From the NCBI GenBank assembly GCA_023954815.1, contig JAGSHB010000003.1, positions 8,998 to 72,997 on the forward strand: a stretch of DNA of 64,000 nt, given 5' to 3'. The position numbers and the translations under genes are program-made. Below, one piece after another: positions 56,262 through 64,000 of the stretch. Each line of letters begins with the position of its first letter. Position 1 is the stretch's first letter. This DNA comes from Myxococcales bacterium. GTDB taxonomy: Bacteria; Myxococcota_A; UBA9042. The notes under the pieces were generated by a model. That model was not told where the DNA came from, did no database searches, and saw nothing but the letters and a program-made list of their open reading frames with translations.

Positions 56262-57952
56262 GCGCGATCGCGAAGATTCTGAGCCTCCCGCAATACGCCC
56301 GAAACGTGGGTCGGCTGAGGTTTTTGATCGCCGTCGTGATCCGCCATGGTTTTGGTCATGTGCTCGAACGGGCTGGCCTGCTGCAGTTGTTGCGGATGGC
56401 GCCGGGGCTTCGCGCGGACGAATCGGTCGCCAACAAGCGGTGGGAAGTTCGAGTTCGCCTCGCGCTTGAGAGTTTAGGCCCGACCTTCGTCAAGCTCGGA
56501 CAGATGCTCGCGACCCGGCCCGATATCATCCCGATGAGTCTGATTCACGAGCTGCGGAAGCTGCAGGACGATGTGCCCGCGGTCCCCTTTGCCGACGCCG
56601 AGCGCCTGGTTCGGAGCGAGTTGGGTGTGCCGCTGGAGACGGCTTTCGCTCATATCGATCCGACGCCACTAGCCGCTGCCTCCATCGCCCAGGTCCATCG
56701 GGCGCGCCTGCAGACGGGCGAAGAGGTGGTGCTCAAGATTCAGCGCCCGAACCTCGATGAGACGATCCGCACGGACCTGGAGCTCCTGCGCTTTGTGGCC
56801 AATCAGCTCGAAGAGCGGGTTCCCGAGGTGCGCCAATTCCGCCCGCTCGCCGCTGTGGAGGAGTTCGCTCGCAACCTCAAACGCGAGACCAACTTCGACA
56901 ATGAGCTGAACAATATCGAGCGTTTCACGCGCCAGTTTGCCGATAACGACAAGGTCCATGTGCCGGTGACCTGGCCCGAGTTCTCCAGTCGCCGCGTGTT
57001 GGTGATGGAGTTCATCGACGGCTGCAAAGTCACCGATCTCGAACAGCTCGAAAAATGGCAGCTTTCGGGCGCAGAGGCCGCCAACGTGGGCACCGAGCTC
57101 GTCATGAGCTCGATTTTTGAGCACGGTTTTTTCCACGGCGACCCCCATCCGGGGAACTTCTTCGTGCTGCGGGATGGCCGGCTGGCGGTGATCGACTTTG
57201 GCATGATGGGTTCGCTCGATCGCGACCGGATCGAAGACTTGCTCGGGTTTATGGCGTCGATCCTGATGAACGACCCCGAGATGTTGGTCACCCAGCTGCT
57301 GGACATGGGGATCATCGATGACGCCGTCGATCTGCGGGCGCTGCGGGCTGAGGTCAGCGAGCTCATGGGCCGCTACTACGGACTCGATCTCGCCAAGGTC
57401 GACATCGGCGTCTTCATCACAGAGACCTTTGAGACGATCGTGCGGTTCGGTGTCTTCTTGCCGGCGGATCTGCTCCTGATCGCCAAGTCGATCTCGACCA
57501 TGGAGGGCATCGCCCGCGAGATCCATCCGGATTTCAACCCGATGGAGGATTTGCGGCCGTACTTCATTCGGCTTTACGTGCAGCGCGCCCTCGACCCACA
57601 GACCTACTCACGGCGCGCGTTTCGGGTGCTGCATGACTACTGGTCCCTGATCCAACGGACGCCAAACGATGTACGCGGCACGCTCCGGCGGCTGCACGCT
57701 GGCGAGCTGAGTTTTGACGTGCGCGATCCCGGGGCAGATCTGCTGCACCAGCGGACGGAGCGGCGGACCAATCGCGCCATTGTCGCCGCATCCTGTTTGG
57801 CGACGTGGGGGCTCTTCGCCTGGCTCCTGCCCACAGCGGAGCAGCGCGGCTGGATGAGCGTGGTGACGTGGTGGACCGCATTGGTGGGAATCACCGGCCT
57901 TTGGACCGGCACGCTGCTGGGATTCAGCCTGCTGCGTTCCCGTGAGTTGTAA
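56258..57952 (+). CDS. UbiB/ABC1 (AarF) family atypical protein kinase
   Basis: Motifs PTFVKLGQMLATRPD, AAASIAQVH, HGDPHPGN and IDFG. C-terminal TM helices. Confidence 0.85.
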   Translation: MSAIAKILSLPQYARNVGRLRFLIAVVIRHGFGHVLERAGLLQLLRMAPGLRADESVANKRWEVRVRLALESLGPTFVKLGQMLATRPDIIPMSLIHELRKLQDDVPAVPFADAERLVRSELGVPLETAFAHIDPTPLAAASIAQVHRARLQTGEEVVLKIQRPNLDETIRTDLELLRFVANQLEERVPEVRQFRPLAAVEEFARNLKRETNFDNELNNIERFTRQFADNDKVHVPVTWPEFSSRRVLVMEFIDGCKVTDLEQLEKWQLSGAEAANVGTELVMSSIFEHGFFHGDPHPGNFFVLRDGRLAVIDFGMMGSLDRDRIEDLLGFMASILMNDPEMLVTQLLDMGIIDDAVDLRALRAEVSELMGRYYGLDLAKVDIGVFITETFETIVRFGVFLPADLLLIAKSISTMEGIAREIHPDFNPMEDLRPYFIRLYVQRALDPQTYSRRAFRVLHDYWSLIQRTPNDVRGTLRRLHAGELSFDVRDPGADLLHQRTERRTNRAIVAASCLATWGLFAWLLPTAEQRGWMSVVTWWTALVGITGLWTGTLLGFSLLRSREL

Positions 57953-58082
57953 AACGATCCCGTAAACTCGACGCAGGCCCAATTCGACGTACAAACGACC
58001 CTGTGCGGCAGCGATCCGACGATGGGTCGACGATCAGCTGGTCGCCAGCCGCGAGACCTCGTGGCTCATCGTGGAGTGCGCC

Positions 58083-59030
58083 ATGGCCATCACCCCCAAG
58101 TTGTCCACCAAAGCCAGCCGGGTTGGTCCCGCCCGGTACACTCGGATGGTCTCGCTTGGCCTGTTGCTCGCGATGACGGCCACATTGCCGGGTTGCATCG
58201 CGATTTCCAAAGACGCCTACGACCGCGACATGGCCGCGATGCGCAAACAGCACGACTGGCTGGAAGGCCAAAAGCGCGAGCTGCAAGGTCAGCTGATGGC
58301 GTGCCAGAAAAAGAGCGCCGGTCAAAATGAGGCGATCGCCCGTTGTCGGAAGAATGGTGACGACCTGAAGCAGCAGCTGCAGGAGTGTCACGGCAAGCTC
58401 AAGCGCATCGCCGAGAGCTGCGGCAAGAGCGGCATCTTGCTCAGTCAGTGTGAGCAGCAGCTGGCCCAGGAGCGCGCGAAGATCGCGGCGCTCAAGGACC
58501 AGAACTCGCAGCTCCAGGGTCGCATCGCCGCCATCGAGGCGCGCCTGCAGGCCATGCGCGACAGCTTCGCTAGGCTACAAAAACAGCTGGCGGCCCTGGT
58601 GGCGAGCGGCAAGCTGCGCATCGTGGTCAAGGACGGCATGTTGGTCATCCAAATGCAGTCGGATGTGCTCTTCGATGCCGGTAAATACGCGCTGAAAGAC
58701 GAAGCCAAGCCAGTGCTGCGGGATCTAGCCAAGGTGCTGAAAGGGTTCACCGGGCGGCGCTTTCAGGTCGCGGGGCACACCGATCCCAGCGGCGGCGGTG
58801 ACATCAACTGGCCGCTGTCGGCCAAGCGGGCGCTCAGCGTGGTGCAGTTTCTGATCAAGGACACGGCCATGCCGCCGAAGATGCTCTCGGCTGGCGGTTT
58901 TGCTTCGTACCTACCGACCACCGCCAATGACACCAAAGAAAACCGCGCTCGAAATCGGCGTGTTGAGTTTGTGCTGATGCCCGACTTGAGCAAGCTGTTG
59001 GAGCTCGCGGGAATCAAGCAGCCCAAGTAA
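58083..59030 (+). CDS. Lipoprotein with coiled-coil region and C-terminal OmpA/MotB peptidoglycan-binding domain
   Basis: Lipobox LLLAMTATLPGC. Long coiled coil. OmpA domain (GHTDPSG..., NRRVEFVL). The start could alternatively be the ATG at 58146. Confidence 0.75.
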   Translation: MAITPKLSTKASRVGPARYTRMVSLGLLLAMTATLPGCIAISKDAYDRDMAAMRKQHDWLEGQKRELQGQLMACQKKSAGQNEAIARCRKNGDDLKQQLQECHGKLKRIAESCGKSGILLSQCEQQLAQERAKIAALKDQNSQLQGRIAAIEARLQAMRDSFARLQKQLAALVASGKLRIVVKDGMLVIQMQSDVLFDAGKYALKDEAKPVLRDLAKVLKGFTGRRFQVAGHTDPSGGGDINWPLSAKRALSVVQFLIKDTAMPPKMLSAGGFASYLPTTANDTKENRARNRRVEFVLMPDLSKLLELAGIKQPK

Positions 59031-59196
59031 CGCGAATCGACAGTAGGCGGCCGTTTGAGAGCGAATTTCTGCCCACAACTTGCGCCTGTGTTCAGGTCGT
59101 GTTAACTCGCCGCCTCGCTTGTTCGGTTCCCCTGGACAAGCACCCGAACGTCACTGTTGTGGTCTCTCTACCGAGAGTCCGATGGCGGCATTCAAA

Positions 59197-59273
59197 CGGG
59201 GCGTAGCGCAGTCTGGTAGCGCACTTGACTGGGGGTCAAGTGGTCGCAGGTTCAAATCCTGTCGCCCCGACCA
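59197..59273 (+). tRNA. tRNA-Pro (anticodon GGG)
   Basis: Manually folded cloverleaf: C1:G72, A73 discriminator, D-stem GCGC/GCGC, anticodon stem CUUGA/UCAAG, loop CUGGGGG (U33, G37), T-loop TTCAAAT, encoded CCA. Confidence 0.9.
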
Positions 59274-59296
59274 GGACCCGACATCGGGCACTGATG

Positions 59297-59332
59297 AGCT
59301 TGCGCCGCCTTTGTGCGGCGCAAGCTGTTTTT
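59297..59332 (+). terminator. Rho-independent terminator downstream of tRNA-Pro
   Basis: 12-bp stem agcttgcgccgc / gcggcgcaagct, loop ctttgt, followed by GTTTTT. Confidence 0.75.
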
Positions 59333-59407
59333 GCTCCCGGCGCAACTGTTGTGCGTCAGCAAACCCCTCGGGTTACCCACGCGGCCGCGCGCCGCACAGG
59401 AGACGCC

Positions 59408-61093
59408 ATGCTTGAGCGCAACGACCTCATGGAGCAGCGCCTCGCCAAGATCACGGCTGTCACAGCCGCTGGCGACGTCGCCTACCCCAACGATTTTGTG
59501 CCCAACAAGACTGGCGCTGAGCTCGTCTCCGAACTCGCCGCCGAGCTTGGTCCACATTCGCCCGACCGCGCAGCGCCAGCCGTTCGCATGGCGGGTCGTC
59601 TCATCGGCCTCAACCGGAAGGGCAAGGTGGGCTTCTTGCGCATTCGCGATCGCAGCGCTTCGGCCGTGCGCACCGCCCGCACGGCTGCCGACGCCGCTCG
59701 TGCTGCGGCCGACATGCCCACCCGTGACAGTGACGCGACCACCTACCAGGTCTTCTTCCGTCGCAACGAGGATGAGGCGCTATTTGACGCGCTGTTCAAG
59801 GGCCCCCAATCCCTCGACGTCGGGGATATCATCGGCTGCGTGGGTCGGCCCTTCCGTACGCGGACCGGCGAGCCGAGCCTCTGGGCGACGACGCTGACCG
59901 CAGAAGGCGAGCCCCTGGACGGCGCTGTAGCAGGCGAGCCCTGCGTGCGCGTGTTGACCAAGTCGGTGCGGCCCCTGCCCGAGAAGTTCCACGGTCTCAA
60001 GGACAAGGAGACGCGTTACCGGCAGCGCTACGTCGATCTCATCGTCAACGACGACGTGCGCGCTACTTTCGAGCAAAGAGCCCGGATTATCAGCGGTATC
60101 CGCGCGTTTTTCGCTGGTCGTGACTACCTTGAAGTCGAGACGCCCATGATGCACAGCATCGTCGGTGGCGCGACAGCGCGGCCCTTTGAGACGCACCACA
60201 ACGCGCTGAACATTCCGCTCTTTCTGCGCATCGCGCCGGAGCTGTACCTCAAGCGTCTGGTGGTCGGTGGCTTCGAGCGGGTCTTCGAGATCAACCGCAA
60301 CTTCAGAAATGAGGGCATCAGCCAGCAGCACAACCCCGAATTCACCATGCTGGAGTTCTACCAGGCGTTCGCGACCTACACGGACCTCATGGCGCTGCTT
60401 GAGCAGCTGTTTTCGACCTTGGCCGAGCAGGTCCACGGCACAACGGACTTGGTGTGGGGCGCCGATACGGACAACGCCCAGCAGATCAGCATGGCCGCCC
60501 CTTTTGCGCGCATCAGTGTCTACGAGGGGATCGAGCGCTGGGGTGGACTCACCGGTGAGCAGCTTCACGATGAAGCCCTGCTGCGTGAAAAGCTGGAGGC
60601 CCACGGCATCGACATGAAGGCTGGCACGCCCGTCGGCAAGCTGCAGATGGAGCTCTTCGAGACCGTCGCTGAGCCGCACCTGATTCAGCCGACGTTTGTG
60701 ACGGACTTTCCGGTCGAGGTTTCGCCGCTTTCGCGCAAGAAAGACAGCGATCCGCGCCTGACAGACCGTTTTGAGATGTACATGGCGGGCTTTGAGGTCG
60801 CCAACGCGTTCTCCGAGCTCAATGACCCGGTCGACCAGTACGAGCGCTTCTTGGCGCAGGTGCAGGCCAAGGACGGCGGCGATGACGAGGCCATGGACAT
60901 GGACCTCGACTACATTCGTGCGCTGGAATACGGCCTGCCACCGACCGCGGGCTGCGGCATCGGTATCGACAGGCTGGTGATGGTGCTGACCAACACGCAG
61001 AGCATTCGCGAAGTCATCCTCTTTCCGCTGCTGCGCCCTGAGCGTCGGAAGACAGAGGAGGCCACAGACGCCCCCTCAGACGCCGAGGCCTAG
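59408..61093 (+). CDS. lysS: Lysine--tRNA ligase (class II LysRS)
   Basis: RBS AGGAG 5 nt before the ATG. Class II motifs ([15 protein letters not shown], GxGIDRLVM). N-terminal OB anticodon-binding domain with inserted low-complexity segments. Confidence 0.9.
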   Translation: MLERNDLMEQRLAKITAVTAAGDVAYPNDFVPNKTGAELVSELAAELGPHSPDRAAPAVRMAGRLIGLNRKGKVGFLRIRDRSASAVRTARTAADAARAAADMPTRDSDATTYQVFFRRNEDEALFDALFKGPQSLDVGDIIGCVGRPFRTRTGEPSLWATTLTAEGEPLDGAVAGEPCVRVLTKSVRPLPEKFHGLKDKETRYRQRYVDLIVNDDVRATFEQRARIISGIRAFFAGRDYLEVETPMMHSIVGGATARPFETHHNALNIPLFLRIAPELYLKRLVVGGFERVFEINRNFRNEGISQQHNPEFTMLEFYQAFATYTDLMALLEQLFSTLAEQVHGTTDLVWGADTDNAQQISMAAPFARISVYEGIERWGGLTGEQLHDEALLREKLEAHGIDMKAGTPVGKLQMELFETVAEPHLIQPTFVTDFPVEVSPLSRKKDSDPRLTDRFEMYMAGFEVANAFSELNDPVDQYERFLAQVQAKDGGDDEAMDMDLDYIRALEYGLPPTAGCGIGIDRLVMVLTNTQSIREVILFPLLRPERRKTEEATDAPSDAEA

Positions 61094-61096
61094 ACC

Positions 61097-63634
61097 TTGT
61101 ATCACCGCCGGCTGGTCTGGCTTGTCTCTTTGGCCGCACTCGCCGTGCTGCCCGAGAGTCTGGTCCGTCACGCCGATCCGCGGATTGGGTTCCAGGCGTG
61201 GATGGTTGTTCAGCTGCTCGGCGTCATCGCCGCAGCCATCGGCATCGCCGCGATGTTCTCCACGATTGGGCTTGCGCTGGTTCGCCTGTTCACTGCGCCC
61301 GTTCGGGACAACCCCAGTGTCTTTGTCGCTTGGTCGTTCCTCAAAGCTGCACGGCCGGGTGATCCACTGCCAATTCGACTAGTTCGCGCCCTCGGCCGCG
61401 AGGTCGATGGGCTACCGCGTGATGGCAATGGTCCGTCGCTGAAGCGTCGCGCTGGTGTCGGCTTGCTCTGCGTGGCCATCGCTGGTGGCCTGCTGACCTT
61501 GCTGCTGCTCGGATGGTTGACCAGCGATTTGCCCGTGCGCTTCGCTCGCAATGAGGCCATCGCGCTGGCGTTGCACGGCGCGCTGCTGCTGTCCGCCGCC
61601 TTGCCCTGGCGCAAGGCCCGCTTCGCTCCGGCTGCCATTGCGGCCCTGCTTGCACTGGTCGCGACTGGCGTGGTCGGCTTGATCCCCGTCCTGCGCCCCT
61701 GGGTCCACGGCATCGGCCTCCCGGCGGCGCTGGTCGCCTGCGCGGGACTGCTTGGCTGGGTGCTCACGCGGCCGATCTATACAAGAATCGCCCGTATTTC
61801 CGGGCTGATTGCGCTGATTGTGGGGGCCTGTGGCATCGCCGCTGGCGCGCTGGCGATTGGGCCGTTGGGCTGGACGCCGGGGGTGGTCTGCGTCGGTGTC
61901 GGCGCCTATTTGACCCTGTCGAGCCAGCCGAAAGTGACCCTCCCCGTGTTCGTGAGCATCGTCGGCGTCGCAGCCGGAACCTGGGCGTTGATCGTCGTTC
62001 TGAGCGTCATGGGCGGATTCGCGGGCGACCTGCGCGAGAAGATGCTGGTCGCTAATGCCCACGCCCTTGTGGAGCGTCCCGGGCGCGCCCACCCCCTGGC
62101 CGATGCTGCCGCGCTGAGCGCCCAGCTTCGGCAGGTGAGCGGTGTCGTTTCGGTGAGTCCGCAGGTACGCGGCGACGCGATCGTCAGCTCACCGTTCAAC
62201 GTCAACAACTTCGTCGCCATCCGCGGTGTCGATCCCACCTTGGCGGAAGTGAAGAAACAGGTCGGTGGCACCATCGTCACCGGTTCGCTCGCCCTGTTAT
62301 CAGCCCCCGAGAAGATGGGGCGGCCGACGTGGCGGGTCCGGCGGCCAGAAGGCGGCCCGACCGACTTGCCGGCGGTGCCGTCGGCCAAACCCACCACCGC
62401 AACCATCGATGATGGCCGTGACCTCGACGACGCCGACATGGACGCGCTGATGCAGTTGGCCCCCGGCCCAGCGTCGCCGAAGCCTCCGAAAGCGCCGCCG
62501 GTGGTGCACGAGCCCTTGATGCTCGACAGCCACGGCAAGGCGATGGCTGGCCCAGGTGATCCGGAAGCGCATCTGCCGGGTCAGGAGCACGACAGCCATC
62601 GGCAGCCGGGCTCCGTCGTCGAAAACGGGCCAGCGCCAGCCGGTGAAGCCCCAGACGGAAAAGCGCCGGGTGACAGCGAAGCGCCTGGTGATAGTGAAGC
62701 GCTGGGAGATACGGAGCTCGCCGTCCCCGGCAGCGTCAAAATGCTCCCCGCCATCGGTGGCGCTGGCGGACTCGATCCGGCCTTGGCGCTGCCCCTGCTG
62801 CTCGACGAAGAAGAGGACATCGACGTGCCCGTGGCCCCCGGCATCGTCTTGGGTGTGGAGCTGGCTCGTGCGCTGCAAGTGGAGCTCGGCGATCGCGTCG
62901 AGGTGATCACGCCCGACGCTGATATCGGCCCGACGGGGCTCCGTCCGCGTGTGCGGACGTTCCGGGTTGCTGGCACCTTCGAGACCGGCCTGTACGAAGC
63001 CGATAGCAAGGTCGCCTACATCGATCTGGTCGAAGCGAGTCGTTACTTCAATCTGGAGGGCTCAGCCAATGTCATCGAGCTGCGTCTGAAGGAGCCCAAA
63101 GAGCCGGATGCGGTCCTAGGTGCCCTGAAATCCGCCCTCAAAGTCGCAGGTGCGCCAGCGGACACCGAGCTGATCGACTGGCGTGCACTCAACCGCTCAC
63201 TCTTTTCGGCGTTGGCGTTCGAACGGCTGGTCATCTTCTTGGTGCTGGCGTTGATCATCTTGGTGGCGTCCTTTTCCATCGTCTCGGCGTTGACCATGGT
63301 GATCATGCAAAAAAAGAGCGGCATCGCCATGCTGCGCGCCATGGGTTCGGACGCCGGGATGATTCGTTCGGCCTTTGTACAAATGGGCGGTGTCATCGGA
63401 ATGATCGGCACCACCGCCGGGTTGATTCTGGGTCTCGCAACGTGTCTGCTCATCGACACCCTGGGCATTGCGCTTCCGGAGGCGTACTACGTGCGCACGC
63501 TGCCCGTCGCGATCTCCCCGGTGGAGGTTTCGGCGGTCGTGGTCGCTTCTCTAGCTATCTCCCTTGTTGCGACTGTATTTCCTGCTAAAAGTGCTGCCCG
63601 TCTCCGCCCGCTTGAAGGCCTAACTCATGAGTGA
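61097..63634 (+). CDS. LolC/LolE-family (FtsX-like) ABC transporter permease, unusually long (N-terminal polytopic extension plus ~180-aa acidic/Pro-rich periplasmic insertion); start uncertain
   Basis: LolC/E core starts near LPVFVSIVGVAAGTWALIVVLSVMGGF and ends with the FtsX C-terminal 4-TM bundle. Roughly 250 aa of TM-rich sequence precede the core in the same open frame, beginning at a TTG. Confidence 0.65.
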   Translation: MYHRRLVWLVSLAALAVLPESLVRHADPRIGFQAWMVVQLLGVIAAAIGIAAMFSTIGLALVRLFTAPVRDNPSVFVAWSFLKAARPGDPLPIRLVRALGREVDGLPRDGNGPSLKRRAGVGLLCVAIAGGLLTLLLLGWLTSDLPVRFARNEAIALALHGALLLSAALPWRKARFAPAAIAALLALVATGVVGLIPVLRPWVHGIGLPAALVACAGLLGWVLTRPIYTRIARISGLIALIVGACGIAAGALAIGPLGWTPGVVCVGVGAYLTLSSQPKVTLPVFVSIVGVAAGTWALIVVLSVMGGFAGDLREKMLVANAHALVERPGRAHPLADAAALSAQLRQVSGVVSVSPQVRGDAIVSSPFNVNNFVAIRGVDPTLAEVKKQVGGTIVTGSLALLSAPEKMGRPTWRVRRPEGGPTDLPAVPSAKPTTATIDDGRDLDDADMDALMQLAPGPASPKPPKAPPVVHEPLMLDSHGKAMAGPGDPEAHLPGQEHDSHRQPGSVVENGPAPAGEAPDGKAPGDSEAPGDSEALGDTELAVPGSVKMLPAIGGAGGLDPALALPLLLDEEEDIDVPVAPGIVLGVELARALQVELGDRVEVITPDADIGPTGLRPRVRTFRVAGTFETGLYEADSKVAYIDLVEASRYFNLEGSANVIELRLKEPKEPDAVLGALKSALKVAGAPADTELIDWRALNRSLFSALAFERLVIFLVLALIILVASFSIVSALTMVIMQKKSGIAMLRAMGSDAGMIRSAFVQMGGVIGMIGTTAGLILGLATCLLIDTLGIALPEAYYVRTLPVAISPVEVSAVVVASLAISLVATVFPAKSAARLRPLEGLTHE

Positions 63635-64000
63635 ACCCAGCAATCCAGCAGCGCTTCAGCCCGCAGGCGCGCCCGATGCGTCAGGCGAGCGTCCGGTGTT
63701 GCTTGATGCGCGCGGGGTGTGCAAGTGGTTTGAGGTGGGTGGTCGGCGCATCGATGTGCTCAAGGGCGTCGATTTGCAGGTTCGCCAGGGGGACATGATC
63801 GCCGTGATCGGTCGCTCTGGATCGGGAAAATCTACGTTACTTCATCTTCTGGGCGCCCTAGACACTCCCTCTGCGGGCTCAATCGCGTACCATGCGCGGC
63901 CTCTGGCGGATCGGAGCGACGACGAGGTCGCTGCCTTTCGCAATCAGACCATCGGATTTGTGTTTCAGTTTCACCACTTACTGCCGGAACTAACGGCCTT
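63627..64000 (+). CDS. lolD: Lipoprotein-releasing system ATP-binding protein LolD-like ABC ATPase (partial, runs off the window)
   Basis: ATG overlaps the permease stop. Walker A GRSGSGKST. Confidence 0.8.
   Translation, partial: MSEPSNPAALQPAGAPDASGERPVLLDARGVCKWFEVGGRRIDVLKGVDLQVRQGDMIAVIGRSGSGKSTLLHLLGALDTPSAGSIAYHARPLADRSDDEVAAFRNQTIGFVFQFHHLLPELTA

Noticed and set aside
59080-59415. Plus-strand ORFs (59080..59415 and the long 59225.. N-terminal extension of lysS) covering the tRNA-Pro gene
   Set aside because: They read through a bona fide tRNA and its terminator. lysS has a proper RBS and an ATG at 59408 whose N-terminus aligns with LysRS.

Overview
High-GC (~68%) bacterial chromosomal segment, most likely from Myxococcota (myxobacteria). 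The taxonomic call rests on one protein with a C-terminal MYXO-CTERM-type sorting signal, several eukaryotic-like Ser/Thr kinases, FG-GAP/ASPIC and lamin-tail-domain (LTD) proteins, and a giant Cys-rich repeat protein. Gene density is high with essentially no mobile elements.

1-20.6 kb: every gene is on the minus strand with tiny or overlapping junctions. From the 5' end of the block the order is: two tandem isocitrate/isopropylmalate-dehydrogenase-family paralogs, a 2x[4Fe-4S] ferredoxin, a 4-TM membrane protein, mreC, an inserted secreted beta-barrel-like gene, mreD, mrdA (PBP2, carrying an unusual Cys-rich zinc-ribbon-like insertion), rodA, a TMTC-like TPR/GT39-like membrane protein translationally coupled to rodA, a SAMHD1/dGTPase-like HD hydrolase, a TolB homolog with a polybasic insert, and a zinc-ribbon Ser/Thr kinase. 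Downstream of these sit an FG-GAP/ASPIC lipoprotein, an EpmA (GenX)-like lysyl-tRNA-synthetase paralog, a secreted protein and a Cys-rich lipoprotein.

20.6-34.6 kb: tandem-USP protein, RarA, a three-domain DsbA fusion lipoprotein followed by a degenerate DsbA-like protein, a tightly coupled small ORF and an aminotransferase, then DedA, a HEAT-repeat protein, an NTF2-like protein, a Ser/Thr kinase and an MFS/POT-like transporter.

35-64 kb: a secreted LTD/TSP3 protein, secA, a pseudouridine synthase, a 1885-aa lipoprotein built of ~40 Dictyostelium-type Cys repeats plus three LTDs, an ABC-F ATPase, a TIG/MYXO-CTERM surface protein, holB, a TM-TPR protein with a C-terminal Ser/Thr kinase, an MJ0042-type zinc-ribbon protein, two lipoproteins, a UbiB/ABC1 kinase, an OmpA-domain lipoprotein, tRNA-Pro(GGG) with an intrinsic terminator, lysS, an unusually long LolC/E-like permease, and the start of lolD.

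No CRISPR, rRNA, transposase or recognizable defense cassette was seen. The most noteworthy features are lineage-specific elaborations of the cell-wall elongasome operon and the Cys-rich/LTD secreted-protein cluster together with its multi-DsbA genes.
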